NCBI GenBank assembly: GCA_900088475.1
Contig: FLMG01002775.1
Coordinates: 50,120-114,119, forward strand
Origin: Hyphochytrium catenoides
Lineage: Eukaryota; Protista; Hyphochytriomycota
DNA length: 64,000 bases
Direction of reading: 5' to 3'
Part shown: one piece after another, positions 37,701 through 49,093 of the stretch
Layout: each line of letters opens with the position of its first letter
How positions within the stretch are numbered: position 1 is the first letter of the stretch
Program-made: the position numbers and the translations under genes
Notes under the pieces: generated by a model
Told to the model about the DNA's origin: nothing
The model's database searches: none
Seen by the model: the letters and a program-made list of their open reading frames with translations, nothing else

Positions 37701-40700
37701 GCTTAGTGGAAGGTGAGGCTGTCCTAGGTTTTACTCCCATCAAGATCTATGGCAAGGGGAACTACCTGTTTAGGATTGTGCATAAGAAGGCTTCTAAACG
37801 CTAGACGGTCCAGCACCCAGAGGGTGCCGTCTGTGACTGCAACTACTGATGCAGCACGAGGTTTGCCTACAAGGAAGAGAGCGAGCCTGTCACCATTATA
37901 CTACGAGATTCCTTTCGCGTCTCAGCTCCCGCGAACTTCAACAGCCATTAGTTTTACACCCAGATTCTCGTCTTTCGTCGCCTTTACCCACTACTTTCAA
38001 CCAATGCGCTGTGCCATCTTACTTACCAAACATCAGCGCCAGTTCTCCAAAACTAGGATGCAGCACTCCCTTGTACTTGTGGACAGTGTCTTCTCGAGAT
38101 GTTTCTCCTGGGTTCTCTACCTTCACTCTGACATCAAAGTCTCCAGACTCAACAACATAGAACTATAGAGGGGGAACAAAGAAAAGTTACTAGAGAGCAC
38201 TCGACGTGACCAGAGAAAGAAGATGGTAACTGTTGAGTTTGAGGTACGTAGTGTCGAAGGAACTGGACGGTAAGAGAACGCCAAGATTAAACTCTCAGCA
38301 CTAGGTAAGTACATGCTCAAAACAGCAAAGCAAAGTTCCAGTCAGAGTGTCAATACCTTATCACCATCCTCTCCCTGTGTAATGACTCTATCTCCTGGCC
38401 TAACATGTTTCTTGAACATCACATCAAAGATATCTTGCCGCTGATAAGAAAGGAAACGTACAAATTTTAAACTCAGCAACCTCTATAAAGGGTGCTGACT
38501 TCAACCTTCGTATTGATGACTAGATGGTTCTTTCCGACCGAGAGATTAGGAGGACTAGACTACGACAACGAACCTGTTCGGCCTTGAGATGCTGAAACAA
38601 AAAGTTATTCTTGACCGCGTCTGAGATGCTCGCAATCTCCCCTGGAGTTTTCGGCACAAAGTGCTCTTTGGCATTGTATTTATCGTCCCCAGCGGCTGAT
38701 GCATCTCCCATAATCACTGCTTTCTTCTTCTCTTTGCTCATGCCAACTCTCACGGGTTTGGCGGCTCCTCCCTTTGTTAGCATTTGCTCCAATTGTTTCA
38801 TCTCGCCAGCAGCAGGCGCGTCAGAGACTGGAAGGTCGCTCTCCTGAAGAGTTGGCAGAGATAGATCAATGGGTAACGTGCGATAGATGCATAGTCAGAA
38901 GGGTATAACCACAAACACGGTGTTAATGGGCCACTATGGACATCATCACTCGTACGGCGGACCAGTCCCTCTATGGCGTACCTTATCCACATCAATTCTG
39001 ATGCAGATCATGGTGATGTCATCAGTTCTGACATCGAATCGCAGCCAGAGTTCGTATGCCTGATCTATCACGGCATTGCAGGCCTCGAGAGGGTCGAGAC
39101 TCTTATCAACCACTTCCAAGACCGCCTGATTGGTCAAAAACTCCCAGACTCCATCGCTTGCTATAATAATGTACTTGTCTGACTTGGTCAGCTGCTTAAC
39201 GTACAGCTCTGGATCTGCAACGACACCCAGAGTCTCTGCAACCTATGCAGAGTTCAAGAAAGGAATGATAGCAATTCGGTCAGACAGCCATAGGAAGAGA
39301 TAGAAGTGCCAGGAGAAAATCTTAACCTTTTGAAGTAATGACCAAAGACATAGGATATGAATACCGAGAGGACGTAGCTCTGACCACCTAACACGCAGAA
39401 TACTTACTGCATCTCCTAGCGAACGGGTGAAAGCCGATCCCGGGTAGTTCCCATCTGGTGCCCAGATTCTAGGAGGATCGCCTTCATCATCCACCTCGTC
39501 CACCTTATCTTGGCCCCAATTCTAGTAGAGCAAGAGCTTTAGATTGGTCCTAATCGCTGCAATTTTGTGCTTCCTTACATCGTGTATGGGGGCGTTTCCC
39601 TCAAGCTGGTCCATAGAGAGGATCCGAGCGCCATATTTTTTTACTCTATCACGTTCGTCCTACATTCTCCCGCGAGTTAACTCTTATGCCAAAGCTCGCC
39701 GGCTTGGATAAAAGTGACTACCCACCTTCCTAAAAGGAGTCTGGTCAAAGGAGAGAGGTTTGGCCTCAAGCTTGCCCTCAGCGTTCATGACCCCAATGAT
39801 GGCCCTGGAATCACCTGCGTTCGCTGTGGTGATCACTGCGTGGTCGAAGAGCACGCAGATTGCCGTTGTCCCACTCAGAGAGTCGTCAAAAGTGGCCCGA
39901 TGCATCTATAGAAAATTTCGTTAGTACCCGTTGGAACCATCTAGATTTCCTCCTCCACATATTCTCTGTCCACCCCAGTTTTTCCTCTCATCTATCCACT
40001 CTTGTGGGCACGTGCGTGCCTCTCTCTCTCTCTCTCTCCCTTTCTTTCTCTCTCTCATCTCTCTCTCTTTCGCCTGCCTAAGCTCGGTCAGTGCCGGAAT
40101 ATATTAAACTTCTCCCTCCACTTCTCACATGTCTCCGAGAACTCATCTCACCTCATCGTTTGCCTCTCTGTAGCTGATCGTGAATGAGTCAGTGACCGAG
40201 TTTGTCTGCAGCAGCCTCTGGAGCTTCTCTGTCACTTTATCCCTGGCAAACTGCGCACAATCGTGACCTGTACCTCCGTGCCCATCAAAGACGCCAAAGA
40301 AGTGGCGGTTGGGGTCTGAGCCAAACTCTGTCTTCACGATGAAAGTGTCTTGGTTTGGTTTCGCGAGGGCTACAGGGTAAGAGGAATGTTAGGTGACTCT
40401 CTGTTCTTAGAGAGGTCGTCTCTGTCTCCTTATCTCTCCCATTGTTATATCTTCTATTTTTTCTGTGCGTATCTTCTCCCTCTCGCTGATCCTTTCTCTA
40501 GTCACCACGGATTAACGCTCTCCTATGGGCTAACTCTTCTGCAGCCAGGCTAAATCTTACATTCAGGGTAGTAGCCCTTCTGCGACATGTACGCATATGT
40601 CAGCGTGATGCCATGGTCAAGTTTGGCTAGAATAGGCCTCTCTGACGTTAGAAGTGGCTCATTCTGCTCGCTGGGGCCCGTAACAACCGGGGTGGCAGTT

Positions 40701-40735
40701 GGTGCCGTCTTCGTGGTCGACGCGCCACAGCCCAT
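34750..40735 (-). CDS. Protein phosphatase 2C / cyclic-nucleotide-binding / (pseudo)kinase fusion protein
   Basis: N-terminal MGCGAS; PP2C motifs [38 protein letters not shown]; cNMP-A FGELALM...PRAASV; degenerate cNMP-B; kinase C-lobe [20 protein letters not shown]. The domain order matches the PP2C-cNMP-kinase proteins known from plants. Confidence 0.92.
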
Positions 40736-41399
40736 AATGTTTCACTAGAGAGCAGCCTGGTTGCTCGAACTGTCGGCTGTACGTTTGAACCCCTAGCAAC
40801 GCTTGTAGACTGCAGGCATTGCTCTTCTATAGGTAAGCTACTCAAGCGGTTATCTGCTGATTGTTTGCCTGTCACTGATTGGCATAGGTCATTCCACTGG
40901 CATTGTGGCCGCTGATAGAGCAATGATGCAGACCCCCAATGCCCCTATACTGATCGGACAAATTCAGTCAGTCAACTCAGGCGTCTTCAAACCTAGCCCA
41001 GTTGAAGGTGAAGCCTCAGAGTGCCTAAGTCCACTAGCACTCAGCGTCACGGGCCCCTTAACAGAGATGATGGGTAGCACTTATAACCATGGGGAAAGGC
41101 AGAGACGAAGAGCAGGAAGGGAGATTGGGAGAGGACTCTCAATTATACGTCGCAAGGAGTCCACAAGCTATGGGTGAGATGGAAGCTCGACCAACCGAGG
41201 AGAGAAAGGAAGAGACCATAAAGGGTAGGAGAAAAAAAGCCACAGAGCAAAGAGAAACTTGGAACTTGACAGACGAGAAAGAGAGACGGGGAGAACAATG
41301 ACGAAAGGTAGACTCGGAGGCGAAGGAAGTAGCTTGAAGACAAAGACGGCAGTCTTCAGGGAGAGGGGATGGTGGTGATTGCAAAGGGAGGATTAGGAC

Positions 41400-41575
41400 A
41401 GAGAGAGGGGGACAAGGAAAGAAAGAGTGAGAGTGAGAGGAGAGAAAGAGAGGACAAAGGACACAGAACAACTGAAGAGCAGCCAGAAAGAGAGGCGCGA
41501 GAGAGAGAGAGAATGCAAGGGAGAAGAGAGACAGAGAGAGAGAGTGAGAGAGAGGAGAGAGAGAGAAATGGGAGG
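41400..41575. repeat. GA-rich low-complexity / (GA)n tract
   Basis: Runs such as GAGAGAGAGAGA upstream of the PP2C gene; a similar (CT)n tract lies in an intron at ~40020-40070. Confidence 0.85.
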
Positions 41576-41759
41576 CAATAGACAGAGGAAGTCCGTCACG
41601 AAGCAGCCTAAAAAATAATAAGCCAAACACTGGGCAAGAATCAAAAGCGAAAGAAAAGTCTGAAACGGACAGAGGTTACAGTACGATCCCAGAACTGTAT
41701 TATACGGATCTAGCCCGCAATATCACGGCAAGTGATGGGTGACGGTGAAACGGAAGGAT

Positions 41760-41791
<32 letters not shown>

Positions 41792-41980
41792 GGAGGGGGA
41801 GGAGGAGCAGCAGGAGGAGCAGCAGGAGGAGGAGGAGCAGCAGGAGGAGGAGCAGCAGCAGCAGGAGGAGGAGGAGCAGCAGCAGCAGGAGGAGCAGCAA
41901 CAGCAGCAGGAGGAGGAGCAGCAACAGCAGCAGGAGGAGGAGGAGGAGTAGCAGGATCAGTAGCAGGAGGAGGAGCAGGA
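41760..41980. repeat. Compound (GCA)n/(GGA)n trinucleotide microsatellite
   Basis: About 220 bp of alternating GCA and GGA blocks with almost no codon-level variation; produces poly-Q/E, poly-A/G and poly-L pseudo-ORFs. Confidence 0.95.
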
Positions 41981-43757
41981 GACAAGAAGATTTGAGACGG
42001 AGGTAGAAAAGCCCATGATGAGGAGGGCAGAAAGCGAAGAGAGAGGAGCAATTGAGAAGAGAGAGTAGAGGAAGGCATAGGAAGGGACGAGAGAGGGGAA
42101 GGGATAGGGAGAGAGAGGGCATGAAGCGCATAAAGGCAAAGAGAGTGTGGAAAGCGGCTGCTTTATAAGTGAGCCAGTCCGTGGTTAGAGGTGGAAGCGG
42201 AGACTAGAACAATCATATTAGTTAGAAGAACGGCAGGAGCGGAGAGCAGAGATACGACGAAGCTAGAAGCGGTGAATCAGAAGGAGAGACGCAACAGCGA
42301 GCGTCTGCTTCGTTACATGAATAAGAGGCAAGGGGCGGAGTTAGTGAGATAGGAGAAGAGCGAAGGCATCAGAAGTTACACCGCTCAACCGTTAGCCTTA
42401 TTGTCTATTTTCTTCGATATCATAGGGAGCGGAGTTAGCCAGTAACATGTGTGCTCCCACTTTATACCATCAACAGCAAACTGGCCATCGTGCTGGTGCC
42501 TGGCGCTAAGAATCCATTCGAGCGCTGGCAAACCTTTGCCTCGGGGAAGCCTCGATCTCTTCTCTTTCTTCCAAGGATACTTGTAGCTCCTACTCTATCA
42601 GCCACAATTTTCAGGCTCTTTGGAGGAACTTCAGGCAACCTGTGTCCGTACCCTAGGCTTCCGGGTACACTCCGTCCTTAGTCCAGTTAATCCCCATTCA
42701 CGATCTCTTCCGCTGCCCTACAACTCACTCATTTTTACTAGACAGTCGTTCCGTCTGTCATCAGTTTTCCAAACAGCGGCGTACTGACGGGATGACTCAG
42801 TCCCAGTAGAGCCACGGAGTGACATTTCCATTTAGAGGTTTGCGATGAGTGCGTGCCTGGTATCCAGTACATAATAGGTAAAACGGAGTGACGTGACGAG
42901 CTAGCTCACAAGGCATGAGCCAGATTGTTATCTTATGGTTAGGTTATTATCTTACCTGACGTCTCAATCCTAATTGCTAAGACCTCTCAGTGGTCGGCTT
43001 CACCCTATCCTTTCTGTGGTCCGTGGAGGATGTCGCCCTCGTGTTTAGGCGCTATAAGTAACTCTTGCGGCAGATGGGTATTGGTGCGCATTCATTGCTC
43101 CGTCCATCTAGTCCTGAGCATATAATACGGACAATATAGCTGGGTTGACCACGCATTGCCGTGGCACCCAGGTCAAGACCATGGCCTTGCGAATGCGTTC
43201 ACATAAGCACCGTCTCAAGGACCTCATCAGAGGCTGAGTCAGATTATAATAAACGCATATGTATGAAGCAATCGTATGTGGTCATGCAAGGTAATTCCTA
43301 CGTCTTCCTCCTACCATCTTCCCCCTTAATGATTACGGCAGCATCCAGCCCGGATGTCTTCTTATAAGTACCTCTGGAAAGCAAAGAAACTCAAAGTTGA
43401 TGAACTCTTACGCTTTCAAGGAGCTCTGACAGTCGGCAAACTCTTCCTCTGAGCGTAATAGATTTCTGAGAGCCCACATGATAAGCACTAGACCTGCGGG
43501 GTAGAGAGATGGACCCTTACCCATCTCAAGATATTCGAGGGACAACTTTCCTCCGCGTGGTTTGTGATGGGTTAAGGTGACGGACCCTGCTCATCAGTGG
43601 CATAATCAGAGTTATCGGAAATTGGTGTTATCATCAGCTCAGTCAGAGCGAGTTAAATGGGTTATGAAATGGCCTTTATGTTGGTCTAGTGATTTGCCTC
43701 CACCGCTCTCCTTCCCCGTCTCCTATGTGTTTCCTGTTTACATGTGAACTCCGTCCT

Positions 43758-46700
43758 CTACCATGCGAGAAGCTTCATGATCCTACTAGGTCCTTCTCTC
43801 CTCCTGGTATGAAGCTTATTCACCTCGTTGAACGTCCACAGTACGGCTCCCACACCCAAAGAAATCAACCAAGGAAGGTATCCAGCGCTCCCTGCTCCCA
43901 TCACATCCTGCACTCCCGGGACATAGACGAAGATGATTAGCAGACAAATCTCAATGATGACGCCATACAACATCACCGCATTGTCGAAGATGCCGTGCTT
44001 AAAGATAGAGACCCGCCGTGTCTTGCACATCCAGACGTGGAAGAACTGGCTCATGACCAGTGTGATGTACCAGGAAGACGCCGCTTCGCCTAAAATTTTC
44101 ACCTGCTCTTCGCCCGAAAAGCACCTCGTACCATTGTCCACGCAGAATGGATCCGAGTCATCCGTCCAGTAAGCGTCGTTGGAAAGAAAGAGATCGCTTA
44201 GAGAGATGCCGTGCTGCCAGAAGACAGCACAATAAGCTAGGAAGCATCCGACGGTCTCAATAATCCCTGCCACTATATACGAGTAGACGAGGAGGGCCGT
44301 AGACACGAGCTTATCCTTCTGAGGATTCCTTGGTCTTCTATTCATGATGTCTTTCTCGGGGCCCTCATACGCAAGAGAGACGGCGGGGCCCAACTCTGTG
44401 GCAAGATCTATACTTAAGATCTGAAGAGAGGTAAGCCCTGGAGGAAGCCCAAAAGAGAGAGTGAGGAGCACGGGTACAATCTCTGGAAGAAGATGGGTGA
44501 GAGTGTAGGCTATCGTCTTCTTTAGGTTGTCAAAGATCAACCTTCCCTGGCTCACTCCTATGACAATAGAGGAGAAGTTGTCGTCCATCAGCACAATGTC
44601 CGCCGCATCTCGGGCTACGTCGCTTCCGTTCTTCCCCATAGCAACGCCCACATCAGCCTGTTTTAGCGCTGGAGCGTCGTTGACTCCGTCACCAGTAACC
44701 GCAACGCACTCCCCTCTCTCCTGGCAGCGCCGCACGATCTCTAGCTTGTGTTGAGGTGTAGTTCTCGCAAACACAATCGCGGGCTTAGAAAGAACCTCCT
44801 GCCATTGCTCCTCTGAGAGAAGATCGAGGACCGAGCCATGCAGTACCGCACCTTCGTAAGTCTCCCATCCCTCTGTCCCATTGTTTCCGCGCGAAAGTGC
44901 AGAAAGTGAGGCCGGGTCTTTGATATCTAGCACTGGTTCCTCATCATCTAAAAGTCCGATTTCTTCCGCTATTGCCCTAGCAGTGAGGGGATGATCTCCC
45001 GTTACCATAAAGACCTTGATCCCCGCTGTCTTGCACTTAGCGATGGCCTCCGGAACGTCATCTCTAGGCGGGTCCATAATTGCCATCAACCCGACGAAGC
45101 AAAGCTTCTGTGTGGGAAAATTCTCTGACTCCTTGGTAAATATAGTACCTCCCGGTGAGGAGAACCGGCGGGTAGAGAGTGCTAAGACGCGCCGACCGCT
45201 ACCGCCAAAGGTCTCGTATGCTTCCCAAAACTCGGCGAGGAAGTGTTGGTCGATGTCTTGCTCAGTACCGTCCATGGTAAGGAAGGTGCTGCAGCGCTTG
45301 ATAATTACCTCAGGAGCGCCCTTCATGAAGACATCATAATGTTGCTCTTCTCTCGGAACACTCTGTCCATCTATGCCGTCCACATTCTTGACAGGAGATG
45401 TCTCCTTTCCTCCATTAGCATTTTGAGCTTCGCTTTCTTGCTGATCTTCTGGTCCCTTGTCCTCAGCTGGCAATGCAGGTACAACGACGAGCTGCCACTT
45501 ATTTGTCGAGTTAAAGGGGACCTCAAAGATGACTGGTAAGGCTTGCCTGGCGATGTCTGTTGGAAACTGCATCTCACAGCACCGAAGAAGAGCGACGTCT
45601 GATGGATTCCCTGTATAACTCCTGGTGTTCAAGTCGCGAAGGATTTTCCTGGAGGAAAGAGTGCGAGAATTCTGCGCCCTCATTGAACGCCTTCCTTCAA
45701 CCGTCGAGGATGCGCCGGTGAAAGAAGAGGTTCTTGCCAAGGGAGAGACAACGGCTCCTCCGTCCTCGGCAGGAGAGATGACAGCTCGATTGCAGATGCA
45801 GGAACAACGGTAGGAGAGAGCTAAGGGGTGGAAGGACCGAAGAAAGTCAATGGAAGCCAGCAGTGCGCGGTCGGCGTAGTACGTAGAGGGGTCCATTTGC
45901 TGTCGAACAAAATCTCTGCCATACCAGGCGTCGGTCACCGTCATCACATTTTTCGTCAGGGTTCCTGTTTTATCCGAGCAGATGAGGCTGGTGCTCCCAA
46001 GGCTGGATAATGATTGATCGGTGGAAAGCGGAGAGCAGTGGGGCATATTCCAGGTTAGTCAATTTGCAGATTTCTGAGTATAGACGCATACACCTAAGCA
46101 TCCAACATCAGCAGACCAAAAAAAAAAAGGGGATGGTATCATCTGAGAAAGAAGAGTTGCCGAGCCAAGGTTAACAGAGACAACCAGGGGCATAGGCGCA
46201 TAAAGCAAAGAGACAATATACAAATAAGAGAGGTCTCACCTCTCCACACAGTCAAGCCTTTTGACGAAAATGTTCATGCTAGCCATTCTCTTAGCTGTGA
46301 TAGTAAGGAGAGAGGTCACCGTGGCAGGCAGACCCTGAGGAACATTCGCGACAATGATCACCAAGAAGCCTGTAACGAAGGTATTGAGAACGTCATCTCC
46401 CTCCATCCTGGCTACGCCAATGACAAAGAAGATGGTCGCCATAAGGATCGCTAGCACTGCGATAAATCGTACAAAGTAGCGGATTTCTCTCTGCATGTTC
46501 GTCTCTCTCACTGTCGTAGCGGTGGCTAGTGCGGCAATCTGTCCTATCATGGTCTTGTCTCCTGTGCTTAGGACCAAGCCGAGAGCTGCGCCATCAAAGC
46601 AAAGAGAGCCGTTAAAAGCGATATTGCGGCATTCCAGGACAGGAACTGCTCTTGGCTGGGTTGATACCACACAGGGAATGGGCTCACTCTCTCCTGTAAG

Positions 46701-47420
46701 AGAAGAGTTCTCTACCTTTAGACCTCGGCAAGTCAAGAGACGGAGATCTGCAGGCACTTTATCTCCATCCCTTATCCAAACCAAGTCCCCGACCACTAGT
46801 TCCTCAGCGGCCAGGAGCTGCGTAGCTCCATCTCTGACCACGTTGCACTGAGGAGGCAGCATGTTTCTGAAGGCATCCATAACCTGCGTTGTCTTTCTCT
46901 CCTCTAGAAAAGACATGACACAGCTGAAAAGAACAATGCCAAAGAGAACGAGACCCAGATAAAGATTCAGCATGACATCGGTGTCAAGAAAAAAAGCGAC
47001 AAGAGAGAGTGCTCCTGCGACCATGAGAAGGACCATAAAGAGATTTAGGAACTGACGAAAGAAGAGCACAAGAGATGATACTTTCTTGGGAGGTGTAAGA
47101 GCATTCTTCCCATAGAGTCTCTGTCTATTCAGAACTTCGTCTATTGTCAATCCCCTGCTCCTCTCCGGGTCCTTCGGGCTAATGCGGGTGGCCTCGTGCT
47201 TGGCACTGATGGCCTCCAAGTCCATGTAGGGCTCCTCATAGGCGGTAATCATCCCTCGGGCCTTCTTAGGCGCAAGTCTTTCATTAGAGCCAACTCGTCC
47301 TCTTGGAGAAGGAGTTGGGTCGTTCTTGACGGGTGATCCGTTGCTTTGATCATTGCTATTCTCCTCATGGACCTTTTTCACGTCATTGACTCCCACAAAG
47401 TTCTGAGTGATTTCGTCCAT
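43758..47420 (-). CDS. Divergent P-type ATPase, type IIC-like (Na+/K+- and H+/K+-ATPase alpha family); exons 47420-46240 and 46002-43758
   Basis: VENSSLTGES, VANVPQGL, CVE-S-LGSTSLICSDKTGTLT, PFNSTNKWQ, MKGAPE, DPPR, MVTGDHPLTA, VTGDGVNDAPALKQAD, GRLIFDNLKKTIAY, SLAYE, CKTRR. A single coding intron at 46003-46239. Confidence 0.95.
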
Positions 47421-48476
47421 GAAAGTGCGAGCTGAAAGTGAACTCCTGTTCTCCTTCTATCTAACCTCGTTCAAAGATTTGAACCACCAAAATCCGAAGC
47501 AAAGGACGGACGCGGTAAACTCGGCGATGAATATTAGGAAGGTAATAACACTCCCCGGTGGATATTAGCTTAGTGTTGGCAAATAGCTGAATGAACTTAA
47601 CGAGGAGCGAGGAGAACGGTAGGTTGGCAGCAACACCTACAGATTGAGAGAGGAAGGATGAAGGAAAGGTAGAGACCACAGGGGAAAAGTGAATAATTTC
47701 CAACTTGTTTTTTTAGGCAGGACTCCCTGGCTACGGACCAACAACCGCTTCTGCCACATTGCGTCGCACTGCTACTAAACTGGGGTCAAGGTTAAAGGAC
47801 AGTGTGACGTTTCCTTCCTCACTCAGGCCGATGATGCCCAAAGAAGGGATAGATAGAAGAGTTGCGCTGTAGCCCAAGCAATCTCCGTCCGGAGGAAGCA
47901 ATAATGAATCTGTGGACCTGGGCGCTGGATCTTTGGACCTGACACACACACCACCCTCCCTCCCAACCATCAGCACTGGACGCAAAAAGTAACACCCAAG
48001 CACCGGCCACCTGCTCCCTGCCTCGGAGTGATGAGGACTAATTTAGGACTACAGATGACTACAGTACGTTAGTTGGGAAGAGTTTGGCTTACCTTATCAT
48101 CAAACGTTATTCTCGGTAGTGCAAGAATATCTGTCACTAATCTAGGTCTAGCTCGTTAGTCTAAGAGTCAGAGTCGTTTTTTCCACTTAACAGTCTAGTT
48201 TTGAATAGTACTGAATTTCCTTCGGAATATAATGCAAGTTGGCCTTAATGTTCTGAATCCCAAGTGTGAGCCTTTGCAACAAGTCGCTGACCACAATGGT
48301 CCTGAGCAGCATGAGTCCAGAAACTAAGATGGAGGACCAGGTGCTTGCATAGAGCAGGAGTTGGGGCCTCTCACTTTAGTTATCATAGATAGATCACCGA
48401 TCTCAAGTTATCTAGTTTGGGAGTTTCTCTAGCTCCATCGATCGCAGCCGCTAACGGCCGGTAACAGAGCCAGAAG

Positions 48477-48506
48477 GGGTTAGGGTTAGGGTTAGGGTTA
48501 GGGTTA
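48477..48506 (+). repeat. Interstitial telomere-type repeat (GGGTTA)5
   Basis: Five perfect copies in the divergent intergenic region between the ATPase and IQ genes. Confidence 0.9.
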
Positions 48507-49093
48507 TTAGTTTCTTACTAAATAACTATCGGACAGTATTCGTCCTCCCATCCTCCTCACACCCAAGCAGCCAGTGAATGAGGCGGAGACGGAAGGCAGA
48601 CGCGGAGTACCATCTATCGCTTCTTCAATAAGCTCTACCCCGCCTCCCGTCTAAGGTCCTCCGCAGGGAATCTCTATGCCGTCTACCGTTCCTTCAGCTC
48701 TTCACTGACCTCCTGGGCTGTTCCTTTCCTCGAAGCCTGGCTCTCTACACGGATACTCTGTTAGGGAAGTTGCGGAATGAAGTTCCATCAAAGTGGGTCC
48801 TTTGAAGCGACGATAGAAAACTGGCCTAGGTTTTAGCCTGTGCCTGGTAGAAAGGGTCGCGGGTTCCCGCATCTATGTTCTGCTGGTAGGGGATCGTCAC
48901 CCCTTGTTCCGGTCCTCCGGATATACTTGGGATGTGTGACGGTTGCTTAGCTCTAAGAAGTATATCCTAAAGAAGCTATGGCATTTATTGCCTTAGGGCT
49001 GCGGGAGATCAATACCTTCCTTGTCCAGGCTCCTGGCATAGGCTGGTAGCTCTCTGGTTTCTTTTTACACAGGGTTCACACACTCTACCTAGG

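Noticed and set aside
41700-42139. Poly-Q/E, poly-A/G, poly-L and poly-P/A ORFs
   Set aside because: All are reading frames of a trinucleotide microsatellite with almost no synonymous variation.
48477-48506. True chromosome end
   Set aside because: Only five repeats, with intact genes on both sides.
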